NCBI GenBank assembly: GCA_000165345.1
Contig: CM000430.1
Span: forward strand, 864,001 to 928,000
Reading direction: 5' to 3'
Length of the DNA stretch: 64,000 nucleotides
The notes under the pieces were generated by a model. The model had not been told where the DNA came from, ran no database searches, and saw only the letters and a list, made by a program, of their open reading frames with translations. Positions 32,405 to 43,100 of this stretch are shown here, piece by piece. Within the stretch, counting starts at the first letter, position 1, and each line of letters begins with the position of its first letter. A program made the position numbers and the translations under genes.

Positions 32405-33754
32405 ATGAAGTCTTTAAAATTAGTATTAACAACATTTTTAGTGTTAACATTATCTCTCCTTGCAGGGTTCGTATTTGGGACTAATGAAAACCCTAATTTT
32501 TTGAGGCTTGTTTCAGATAAAAAGATGTATGATGAATGGCTCAAAACAATGACAGTAAGCGAGGAGATAATTTTGGAAAGATTTGGAAGCCTTCTTGAGA
32601 TTATTGACTTAGACAAAAATGGGCTTTTAGAAAAGGATGAACTGATTAAGTGGATAAAATTTGTATCAGAAAGATCAAGTTTAAAAGAAGTTGAAGCAGA
32701 ATTTAGAATTTTGGACAAGAATAAAGATGGTAAATTATCAAATGAAGAATTTATCAACCATTTTGTGTCTGAGAAAGATGAAAGTTCGAATAAAGAAATA
32801 ACAGAGCTGAATAACTTTTACCGTGAATTATTCAAGGAAGTAGATACTGATAAAGATGGATATTTAACAGTTGGAGAATATTACTATTTGACAAATTACT
32901 ATAGCTTATCAAAGGAATTATTTGTTAAGATAAATAGCTTTTTATCTCAGAATGATAAGAATGGTGATGGAATTATTGATATTGAAGAAATTAAACAGAT
33001 TCAAAAGGATAATGCTGAAGTTATTACAAATGACTCTGGTAAACTTGTTGTCTTTGGAGTTGATGTGTCTGGTGAGAAAGAGCTTTCTGTTAAGAAGATT
33101 ATCTTTTTATTAAGATCCCAAGAGATACAAGATGCAATCACAGAAGCATATAACCAGTTGATAGATGTATATAATACTAGAAAAGATGCAAAACCAGAGG
33201 ATTCTAAGTCTTCTTCAATCCCTATAGATTTTGTAAGATCCAATTACGTCATTTATATTCAATCAATATTAACAGATTATGGAGATGTTTTCAAATATCC
33301 ACACGATATTTTTGTTGGGGTTGATAACAAGGATTATGACTTATCAAAAGAAAAATGCACAGAATTATTTGGTGAAAATGAGAAATTTTCTGAAAAGTCC
33401 GATGAAGAAAATGAATTCGACACTGATGAATTTGACACTGATGATAATAATCCTAATGACGATGTTGAGATCTCAGATGATATGATTCAAAAGCTTATTT
33501 CTTTAATGGGCAATTCTGGACTTGGTGATATGGATGATAAAGGTGGTAGTATGTTTGATGTATTTGCTAGTAAGGCAGAAGGAGCAGAAGGTGGTGATCT
33601 AGCAGGTATGGAGGAGATTCTTAAAATGTTACAATCACTTATCGGCTCGAAAATGGGAGAGAATGACCATATTCCTGATGAAAATGAAACTTTAATTCCA
33701 GATCATGAAGATAATCAAGAATTTCCTTCGTTAGAAGCTAGAGATGAGTTATAA
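32405..33754 (+). CDS. ER-lumenal multi-EF-hand Ca2+-binding protein (CREC/reticulocalbin-like)
   Basis: The signal peptide is [25 protein letters not shown]. At least four canonical EF-hand loops are present: DLDKNGLLEKDEL, DKNKDGKLSNEEF, DTDKDGYLTVGEY and DKNGDGIIDIEEI. The acidic C-terminus ends in the KDEL-type retrieval signal ARDEL. Confidence 0.75.
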   Translation: MKSLKLVLTTFLVLTLSLLAGFVFGTNENPNFLRLVSDKKMYDEWLKTMTVSEEIILERFGSLLEIIDLDKNGLLEKDELIKWIKFVSERSSLKEVEAEFRILDKNKDGKLSNEEFINHFVSEKDESSNKEITELNNFYRELFKEVDTDKDGYLTVGEYYYLTNYYSLSKELFVKINSFLSQNDKNGDGIIDIEEIKQIQKDNAEVITNDSGKLVVFGVDVSGEKELSVKKIIFLLRSQEIQDAITEAYNQLIDVYNTRKDAKPEDSKSSSIPIDFVRSNYVIYIQSILTDYGDVFKYPHDIFVGVDNKDYDLSKEKCTELFGENEKFSEKSDEENEFDTDEFDTDDNNPNDDVEISDDMIQKLISLMGNSGLGDMDDKGGSMFDVFASKAEGAEGGDLAGMEEILKMLQSLIGSKMGENDHIPDENETLIPDHEDNQEFPSLEARDEL

Positions 33755-33999
33755 TTTGTTATTATAATTGTAGGGAAATGTGAATTTAGGTTTAGACTTT
33801 AAATTAATTACATATTTATTATTAGAACACTTAATTACTCAAAAATGCCTTGAAAATTTTCTTTATAGATTTTTACAAAGTAAACCTAATAATAGTAATT
33901 AATAGACCTATTCGCTCTAATTTGTATTACTAACTACCAAAATAAGTAATTTGGTAGGTATTTGAAGGATTGATTAGTTGCTACACAGGTTAATTACTA

Positions 34000-34404
34000 C
34001 TAGTAATTGTTATAAACGATTACCTGGTTTGAAGCAAAACCTGTTCCTCCTTTTAGAATAAACAAAGTAATAAACTTTAAAAATAAGTTTATAACTGCAA
34101 TTGTAATTATTAGTATGTGACTTCCAAAAGTTGAAGATTCATTGGTTTTCCATTGCATAGAAAACCACATTGGAGACCAATAGAGTACAAAAATAATATC
34201 TTGCAAACATGAAAGTAGAATAAACCTACGAAGAAACCTTTGCTGGCGTGACTTCTGATTCTCAGAAAGGTTAAAATAACTCCACCAAATAAATGCAAAT
34301 AAAGGAAGATTATAATCTGAACGGCATACGCTGGATATTCCTCCCAGGCTTGCTATTATTAAAAAGAGGAAGTTAGCTTTAGTTTGATCTACAATAACCA
34401 CCAT
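34000..34404 (-). CDS. Small multi-pass membrane protein, unknown function
   Basis: 134-aa ORF starting at the ATG MVVIVDQTK. It has 3-4 hydrophobic segments and sits between a promoter-like motif region and a flanking gene. Function is unknown. Confidence 0.4.
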   Translation of the reverse strand: MVVIVDQTKANFLFLIIASLGGISSVCRSDYNLPLFAFIWWSYFNLSENQKSRQQRFLRRFILLSCLQDIIFVLYWSPMWFSMQWKTNESSTFGSHILIITIAVINLFLKFITLFILKGGTGFASNQVIVYNNY

Positions 34405-34793
34405 TTTCTCCCTCAAGAATAGTCAATTTCTTAATACTAAACTCAATTAACTATTCTGATCTTGGCTACTTTATATTTATTTTTTCTTTTATAATTACTA
34501 TGGTTTTTCCATTTTTTTTCCCTTGAAATATTACTACATCTAGCCATAAAAGTTCCCGCCAAAACATGCAAAATTAATCATAGAATAATATAAATTATAA
34601 TAAAAGAAATTATATATTGAAAGGGAAGAAAAAAAGTGAATAGAAATAAAATAAATTTATTAGTATATTAGAACATTGGTAGTAGAAGAATATTAGTAAT
34701 TAATTAAATAATATAAATAAATATTTGTAAACAAGTAATATATATTCAATAGTAATAATGTATAATATAATAGAAAATAAAGAAAATAAAATA

Positions 34794-35642
34794 TCAGAAT
34801 TTTGTAATGCTTGATGTGGCAAGTTGAATCCTATTAAGAGATTCTTCAAGAAGTTTAAGCAATGTATCTTCAGAGTTTTGTCTCTCAGATCGTTCATTTC
34901 TGGTATCAATAGTAATTTGTTGTACCAAATTTTCCATAAGGTCTAATAAGGTATCAATAGACTGTTGCCTTGTATTAACTTCATCATTAATCAAGTAGCT
35001 GAGTTTTTCAATTTCTTCTTTGAGTTGAGACAATATATTATTTTCAATAGCTTGACACTTATCAACTTCACTTTTTATTGCGTTACCAAGACGAACAATA
35101 TCTACTTCTACAAATCTTTTAACACAGGAATCTAATTCTTCTCTTTCTACATCCTTTTTGGAGATTTCATTTCTAAGACGATCCATTCTTTCATCAATTA
35201 TTTCAATCAGTCTTTGCTCCATAGACTTTCTACTAAATATCTCGCTTTGAAGTAGTTCATTAAGTCGCCTTTCTGCTTGTAAAATGTCACTTTTTGGGTT
35301 CAAGTAATTTTGATTTTCAATAGAATTAGCTTTAGTTTCATGATCCATACAATAGGACGAGTATATCTCTCTATTTTCTGATTTTAGGCTCATTAAAGTA
35401 CTTTTTAACTCATTTACCTTTTTCATTCCTTCATCATACTTTCTATTCATATCATCTTCAAACTTTTTCATATTAGCTTCCATTTCTGCTAATTTATCAT
35501 AATGTTTTGTAGATCTGTCTAAATCTAATCCATTATGAATACTATTTAGTCTTTGACTTAATCTATTGATTCTATCATCATGATAGACATTTGCTCCTGA
35601 ACCAGAAGTCAACTTTTTTGAATAGCTTAAAGTATTGTGCAT
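34794..35642 (-). CDS. Coiled-coil protein, SF-assemblin/beta-giardin-like (striated fibre component)
   Basis: 282 aa. A short non-helical head (MHNTLSYSKKLTSGSGANVYHDD) is followed by a continuous heptad/29-residue-type rod. The C-terminal ERSERQNSEDTLLKLLEESLNRIQ resembles the conserved tail of SF-assemblin family proteins. This identification is made from memory of the family and is unverified. Confidence 0.4.
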   Translation of the reverse strand: MHNTLSYSKKLTSGSGANVYHDDRINRLSQRLNSIHNGLDLDRSTKHYDKLAEMEANMKKFEDDMNRKYDEGMKKVNELKSTLMSLKSENREIYSSYCMDHETKANSIENQNYLNPKSDILQAERRLNELLQSEIFSRKSMEQRLIEIIDERMDRLRNEISKKDVEREELDSCVKRFVEVDIVRLGNAIKSEVDKCQAIENNILSQLKEEIEKLSYLINDEVNTRQQSIDTLLDLMENLVQQITIDTRNERSERQNSEDTLLKLLEESLNRIQLATSSITKF

Positions 35643-35940
35643 ATTCGGATTTCTTATAAATGCTAGTTTGTTCTTTTTTTAATCATATTTCATTTATTCT
35701 ATAATTATTTGCAATCCCTTTTTCTTCCACCTATACTTGCCGAATTAAGTCTCAAATTTTCTTCACACTAACAAATTAATTTCAAATACTAGTATAGACT
35801 CAATCAATCGCAAAAGGAATTAATATTAATCTTTACCACTCACTTAGCTTCAATTTTTTAATTTTTTGCTTGCAAATTTGATTCCTTTCTTTTGCCTCTA
35901 TAATTTACCGTGGCTATTTCAAAATTTATTATAATAAAAT

Positions 35941-35974
35941 ATGGCGCCATCAAATCCGGTACCTAATACCGGTA
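35941..35974. promoter_or_regulatory. Composite ATGGCGCCAT, TCCGGTACC and TACCGGTA palindromes
   Basis: Three palindromic GC-containing motifs fall within 34 bp. They sit in the divergent promoter between the SF-assemblin-like gene and the 36220 gene. Confidence 0.45.
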
Positions 35975-36219
35975 TTAATATCAATGGAAATTAAAATTGA
36001 TAAATTGAAATTAATTTGCTGTATTGACCCAATCTTTTTTTAACTAAAGTTTAATTGGTTCTTAGGTACGGGTAATTGAAGAACAACGTTTATATTCAAT
36101 CTTAGTATACGATAAAAGAATTTTAAAGTGATAATATATTAAGAAAATAGTGAATTATTGTAACTATTTTTATTTCTTGATTAATATATTTTTAAAGAAA
36201 GAGGTCGTTATGAGAACAA

Positions 36220-36948
36220 ATGAAATTTAAACAAAGAATTTTATTTATATTTGTTTATTTATTTGTAATTCTTCAGATTTACATTAAATTCGAATTTGCC
36301 GGTGCTAATTCTGTTGGAAAGCTTGGATACTATGATTACAATGATTCTAATACTTCTGATAAAAAACTACAAGGAAAGTTCAGAAAAGATTCTAGTCAAA
36401 TTAGATTAAACTTTATGAAATATTTTTTGAATGTAAATAAAGAAATAGAATTAACAAAAAAACAAAACAATACTTCAATAAATACTCCTTTTATGGACTT
36501 TCTACATGCTCCCTTATCTCTGAGAACTATTCCGAAATCTGAAGAAGTTTGCTCTTCTATTCAATTGATGTCATTCTGGAAGCTTTATAATGATGTTTTT
36601 GATTTGGTTGAATCAGAGTTTAATAGTATATTAGACTTGGATCTAGTTCAAAAGAAAGCCTCAGAAGAATTATATGAAAACAGCTTAATATTAACTCAAT
36701 CTGACGAAATTAAACAAGATATTTCCGAAGAATTAAAAAATATTAAAAATGAGACTTCATCTACTAACATCAATAAACACAGAAATCTTATAGAAGATCA
36801 TGTAAAACCACAAAAAAATGCTACCAAAACTAACAAAAAACCAAATAAATCCAAGAACAGTTATATAAACAAAAAAAAACAAACAAAAAAACATAAAAAG
36901 ATAAAAACTTTTGAATTTGGCTTTCACAGGTATTTTAACTTGAATTAA
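36220..36948 (+). CDS. Hypothetical secreted or type-II membrane protein with a Lys-rich C-terminus
   Basis: 242-aa ORF with an N-terminal hydrophobic segment ILFIFVYLFVILQIYIKFEFAGA. The tail is K-rich. There is no recognisable domain. Confidence 0.45.
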   Translation: MKFKQRILFIFVYLFVILQIYIKFEFAGANSVGKLGYYDYNDSNTSDKKLQGKFRKDSSQIRLNFMKYFLNVNKEIELTKKQNNTSINTPFMDFLHAPLSLRTIPKSEEVCSSIQLMSFWKLYNDVFDLVESEFNSILDLDLVQKKASEELYENSLILTQSDEIKQDISEELKNIKNETSSTNINKHRNLIEDHVKPQKNATKTNKKPNKSKNSYINKKKQTKKHKKIKTFEFGFHRYFNLN

Positions 36949-37319
36949 TCCAAGGTTCTATGTTTAATCTTCCATTATAAATTATTTAATTAAAATAAAC
37001 TTCCACAATTATCACCGCATATTACTGGGTTTATAATAATATTTCTATGACTGTATATTGTTTTAACTTTATAGCATTTAAACTTTTTTTTTGAATTGCG
37101 TTTTATTTACTTGTTTCTTTTTAAATTTTTCTTCAATGTCTTTTTGAACATTATCTGCATTATATCGCTTAACAAATCGACTATTTTCCTTTGAAAGCAA
37201 AAATTATTTTTATTGCATTTTGAAACAATTAACTTTTCTCTTTTCCCTTAATCATAGAACCCAATTCTAATTGCACATGGCTTTGCATGCAATTATATTC
37301 AAAAAATGACACGTAAGAG

Positions 37320-37344
37320 GCGGCGCGCGCGCCACTATAAATAG
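37320..37344 (+). promoter_or_regulatory. 17-nt all-GC palindromic element (GGCGGCGCGCGCGCCAC) immediately followed by TATAAATA
   Basis: It lies 340 bp upstream of the ATG of the 800-aa gene at 37684. It is the only pure GC block in the window. It overlaps E2F-like GGCGCC/GCGCGC cores and is followed by a TATA box. Confidence 0.5.
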
Positions 37345-37683
37345 ATTTTGTCATGTCAAAGAATGGTTTGTGGGCGAAAAGAAAAAAAAATCATAAATTA
37401 CATTTTGCAGTAAGAGGTTATGTAGATAGCAGTTTTCCCAAAACTAAAGTATATTCTGTAGGATTTATGATTGAATAATGGATACGATATGTAAAAAAAA
37501 GAACAGAAACACAAAATTCTTCAAGTTTGTGTGAAAGTAATCAATTGGAAATAAAAAACTAAGAATTCTAATAGAAAAAGGTGGAATTACTGCTTGAGCC
37601 CAAAGTCTTGCATGCAGTTGAGTGGTAGATGATAAAAAAAATTATTATATAATTAAAATTTTTAATAAATTGTTGTAAAAAAA

Positions 37684-40086
37684 ATGTCAGCAGATAAAGA
37701 ATTATTTACCCTTGAGGGGTTTCAAAAAATGAAGTTAGCAACACAGAATAGAATAAATAAAGCAATAAATTCTTCGACTAACATTTTGGAATCTGTTAAA
37801 AGCTCATTTCATAAAGCTCCGAAGTCATATAAATTATTAGAATTAGTACCAGGTGCAATTGAAGCTCCAAAACGTGAAAGAGTCACAACAGAAGATTTAA
37901 CTATCGTAATTAGTGAAAAGTATTCATCTAGAGTAAATTCTAAACAGAATAACAAAAAGAAAGATTTAAAAATTAAGAGAGGAATAAATGGAATGATTAA
38001 GGATTGGAATATTATAGAAGGAAATGCAAATACTGAAATAAATAATGGAGATTCTGGATTTAAAGATTTTGTAACAGAAGCAAAAGCTGCAGAATTTGTG
38101 ATAAAATTTTTAGATAGAATGCAATCCAAAAAATATGCAATGAATTATGATAATGTTTCAATGCATGTAAAAGGTGAAACTCAATTAGACAGACAGTTAT
38201 CAGCATATCCACTATTTGTTTCTACAATTTCTCATGCTTCAATGGGTTTGTCAAATACCAGAAGAGATGGATCATTATATGATATTGTAGGTGGAGTTGA
38301 TCCAGGCTTGGGAACATTGATTGGTAATTTTAAAAATAATAAACAAATCTTTGATAGAAGCCCTCTTGTTCAATTATCTCAAGAATTAGAAAGAGATACT
38401 TTATTAGAAAAAGCACCATCTTGGTCATCAAAGTTATTACCAAGTATTGGAACAAAATTAGATTACCAAACTTTTGATGAAGAAAAAGCTCTTGGAGTAT
38501 ACAGTAAAGATAAAATTAATAAAGAATCTATAATGTTTAGACAATTTAGACAAAATCCATCAGCTGGAAGAATGGGTAAAAGATTTACAAGTTTAGAAGG
38601 TTCAAATACATTAATATTACAAAAAGATGATGTTTCCAATTTTGATGATACTCCAAATAATTCAAAAAACAAGAAATCTCAAGGGAATTTAAATTCATCA
38701 CTTCAAATTTTGACAGATTTGAATAAAATACCAACAAGATTTCCGTGGATATTAGAAGAATTACCTATAGCTCAATCTTTTAAGAATCAGTTTCTATTAT
38801 TTAATGAAAATTCATCTTTAAATAAAAGTGAATCAAAGGAGGAAAATGTTAAGAAAACATTTTATCAAAAAGCTAAGGGATTATCTAATTCTACTTTAAG
38901 GCAAGAAAATATAGTTAAAGCGATTGTTAGTAATAGAGGAATTGCAATGGTAAGAAATATTACAAATGTACCAGCAGATTCTAATCTGGAAGCATATTTT
39001 GATGAATTGGATGATAATAGTGATAATGATGAACGTTATTTATGGGAAGATGATCGAGAGAGAAAAAATCAACAAACAAAAGAAATTGGAGTACAAAAAT
39101 ATATGGAAGAAACATCTTTTGATACGGATTTTCAAAATAACGAACCAGATTTGGAATCATTAATGAAAGATTTGGAGATTCATTATAATCAAATAAAAAG
39201 TGAAAGGAATGAAAATAATTCACCAAAACAAGGAAATAACTGTCAATCTCCTCAAAATTTCCAATTCTCTTCTTCATTAGAAAATGATTCAAAAGATTTT
39301 AAAGATTTACATCATCCAGAAAATATACAAAAATCAAGTGGATCTGTAAATAATATTAAAGATAATGAATTAAATATAATGTTATTACAAGGTATGAATC
39401 CTTATTCAGGTCCAGAAATCAAGATTGAATATGATTTAAGCGAATTATATAATTCTGAGAGAAATTTATATAGAGGAGAAGGAATTGAAAAGACATGGAA
39501 AAGTTATTATGATTCATTAAAGAATTACCAAGATGCTGTTAATCAAAAGAAAGAATATATGGAAATGATTCATTATAACATGAGTCCATCAAGAAAGATT
39601 TTAAATGGATCTCAATCTAGAAAATCAAAAATTCCTAAATCATTTTTACCAATACATGAAAGTTTACAACAAGAAGATGATCCTCAAGAAGAATATTATA
39701 GTTTTGTTCAAGGACAGAGGATGATTAAAGAAAGTATTAATCAATTTCCAATACAAAGTCACACATCAGCTTATAAGACTGTTGGTGAGGACAATATTCA
39801 TCTTGTTGGTCCAAAATCTAGAGGTTATATTAGGGGATTAGCAGCCGTACGTGGAGGAAGAAGAATAAAACAAAGATTAATAGGTGATAGGAGTAATTAT
39901 GAAAATCAATTAAGATCAAGAAAAGAAGATCTTGGTTTTCTTAAATATACAGAAAAAGACCGTGAAGAATTTTTGGAACATGTTAGATATAATAATAAAA
40001 AGATTCAAGAAATGTATGAAATGGAAGATAAGTTTAATACAAAAGTAAGAATAGCATCCAGAGGTAGATTTAAGAAAATAAGATGA
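37684..40086 (+). CDS. Hypothetical protein, 800 aa, hydrophilic
   Basis: Uninterrupted 2.4-kb ORF. No motif recognised. The C-terminus is basic. Confidence 0.6.
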   Translation: MSADKELFTLEGFQKMKLATQNRINKAINSSTNILESVKSSFHKAPKSYKLLELVPGAIEAPKRERVTTEDLTIVISEKYSSRVNSKQNNKKKDLKIKRGINGMIKDWNIIEGNANTEINNGDSGFKDFVTEAKAAEFVIKFLDRMQSKKYAMNYDNVSMHVKGETQLDRQLSAYPLFVSTISHASMGLSNTRRDGSLYDIVGGVDPGLGTLIGNFKNNKQIFDRSPLVQLSQELERDTLLEKAPSWSSKLLPSIGTKLDYQTFDEEKALGVYSKDKINKESIMFRQFRQNPSAGRMGKRFTSLEGSNTLILQKDDVSNFDDTPNNSKNKKSQGNLNSSLQILTDLNKIPTRFPWILEELPIAQSFKNQFLLFNENSSLNKSESKEENVKKTFYQKAKGLSNSTLRQENIVKAIVSNRGIAMVRNITNVPADSNLEAYFDELDDNSDNDERYLWEDDRERKNQQTKEIGVQKYMEETSFDTDFQNNEPDLESLMKDLEIHYNQIKSERNENNSPKQGNNCQSPQNFQFSSSLENDSKDFKDLHHPENIQKSSGSVNNIKDNELNIMLLQGMNPYSGPEIKIEYDLSELYNSERNLYRGEGIEKTWKSYYDSLKNYQDAVNQKKEYMEMIHYNMSPSRKILNGSQSRKSKIPKSFLPIHESLQQEDDPQEEYYSFVQGQRMIKESINQFPIQSHTSAYKTVGEDNIHLVGPKSRGYIRGLAAVRGGRRIKQRLIGDRSNYENQLRSRKEDLGFLKYTEKDREEFLEHVRYNNKKIQEMYEMEDKFNTKVRIASRGRFKKIR

Positions 40087-40102
40087 AGATCAATATCTTA
40101 TA

Positions 40103-43100
40103 TTATTTTAAAAAGATTCTAAGTAATAATTGTGTGGGATCAAGATCTAAAAAATTGGATTCTTGTGTATTAATTATATGATTTGGAATTAAATTTGAAT
40201 CCAAATTATTATTAATTATAATATTGGAATCTAAATTCATATTTTTTCTAATATGAGAGTTACCACCATAAGAAGATGAAGATGATGATGATGATATTGA
40301 GCTTCTCTTCCTTCTTTTATTGGATCTTTTTACTTTATCAAGATCATCTTCTTTTAAAAAATTATTTAATGATGATGTTTTTGAATTATTATTTTGAAAA
40401 ATAAATCTCTTATATTGAATATAATCATAAAGTATATCTTCAAAAGTATCTTGAATTAAACAATATTTAACTTTAACAAATGAAGAAGATGTAATATTAT
40501 TGGATCTTATTCTATATGCTCTGGAAATTGTCTGATTTTCAATTGATTCATCTGAAATTGGATCTAAAATATATATATTAGAAACACAAGATAAATCAAG
40601 ACCATGAGATCCAATATCAATACTTAATAACAAAACAGGAAATTTATTATTAATTTCTTGAATATTATTACTATCATCTTTCTTAAAATTTGAAATGGAT
40701 CTTTGTAATTCTGATTTAGGTATATGTGGATAATATCTACAAGTTCCTATATTAAATAATATAGTTAAAGTATAATATAAAAAATCTAATTGTTGCCATA
40801 AACTTGAAACAATCATTATTTTAATCTTTGGATTCTCTTCAATATCTTTTAAAATACAATGAAGAATATATCTTAATTTTGAACTTGATAAAGAAATTAA
40901 TCCTATTGAAATTAATGGAATATTTTGATAAATATCAATAAAAGGTAATAATGAATTTCCAAAAGAATGAATATAATTATAGAGGTAATTATTAATATTA
41001 TTAACAGTAATATCTGTAAATTTCTGATATAATTCCAATATATTTTTTTCAATTTCATTGGATTTATAATTTTTTGTTAATAAAATTTTTAATTGAGTTA
41101 TTAATGGGAAATTAAATAATGGAATAATATTATTATATTCTTTATAGTTTGATATTAAACAAGAATTTGGAATTGAACTTGAACTTGAACTTGAGCTTGA
41201 ACTTGAACCTGAATTTGAAATAGAATTATCATTCTTTAATTCAATATGAGAAATTTGAATTGGTACTTGAAGTCTATCAAAAAAATCAGAATTTATTTGT
41301 ATATTTTCTCCACAAACAATACAGAATTTTATAGGTCCTCTTTTAGTCCAATATAATTTCTTTTTTGAATTATTACAATTTTTTGAAATATTAAGATTAA
41401 CATGTATTGGAATATATCCATGTTTTTCCATTATACAATATGTACAAACCAAATGTAATTTAGGGCATGGAATAATTAAAGGAAATAAAAGTATTTCATT
41501 ACACGAATCACAATTATAATAATTAAAAGAATTTGAAGATTGTGGTGATGATAATTTTATATTAGTAAAGTAATCCAATACAAATTCCATTCTTAAAGTT
41601 GATTCTATTTGATAAAAATGATCATTTTCATAATTTGGATGTTTATTTTCAAACATCAATCTTAATTCTTGTATATCTTTCATTGATACTGAAATATATG
41701 GAATTGATAAATTCATATTTTTTATTAATTGTAATTTATTATCATCCAAAATAAAATCTTTAATATTCATAGTAAATCCAAGTATTGAAGCAAATCTAAA
41801 ATTCCAAATAACTTCTTGACGATAATTAAGATTACAAGGATGTAATAAAGAATCAATATTATCTTGGCTGAAATATGTACAAAATAAATTTCTTTGAGTT
41901 AATTCACATATTATATTATATATATAAAATTCATTATCAATAAAAGGCTGAATAACTTTTTTAATAGGTCCAATTAAATTAGGAAGATAATTACGTAAAC
42001 ATTGATTTTTTTGATTTAATACAATAATTGAAGCAATTTGAGTAAATATTGTAAAAATTCCAATAGGAGAAAGTTTCCCATTAATGGATGATTTACTAAT
42101 AAGTTTTAAAATTGAATAATTATTTGAATTATTACAATAATTAATTTGGGATGATTCTTGTATTGATTTTAAATTTGTATTATTATCATCATTGTTATAA
42201 GATCTTCTGGAATTTCTTATAGATTCTTGTTCATAATTACGTGTTTTATCACAAATTATGGGTAATTGTAAGAATTTGAGAATATTTGGAATATTTGTGT
42301 TAATTGATTTTATTATAGAAATTGGTAAAGGTGTGCCAGACATAATCCATTTAAATTCAGATTTTATTTTGAATATGAATTGTTGATAAAGAGTTGAGGA
42401 TATTTCAGAATTTCCGATATTATGTCCTTCATCAATAATTAGTCTAAGCCATTTAATTCTTAGAATTGGGCTCATTTCTTGTCTAAAAAATGGATCTTTC
42501 AAATCTTGTTTAATATCTTTATTGTTTTGATTTTTTCCTTTAGTATTTGTAAGAAAAGCTCTCTTATATTTTTGTTTAACTTTACATAGCTGAAATTGTT
42601 TAGTAAGCATTCTATAAGATAATATTACAGCTTTAGCTTGAGCCAAAATATATGGTTCAATTATTTCATCCTTGGATGGATCATCAAATAAATAGATTAG
42701 AATATCATGGTTAGAATCATGACTTTTATAATTATGTGGGTATATTCTTTTATTGGTTGATATAGATTTTTTAGAATGATTATTACTATTATAAGTAACA
42801 ATAACATCAGTTTTGTACCACTTTTTAATTTCTTCAATCCAATGTTGAATAAGATGATTTGGTACAATAATTAAAGTAGCTCCAGTTGGAATAAGATCGG
42901 AATTTTTGTTTATAACATTATTTTGATATAAATATTGTGAATTACTTTCATCTTGTGTAGAGATATTAACTAGTTTAATAGGAGAAGTTTTATGACTAAT
43001 CATAAAGTTAATTCCCAATTCTGGTTGGTTAATTTTATAAAGCAAATCTTTGACTCCAAATGGATATTCAAAATAAGAAGTTCCATCATCTTTATGTATA

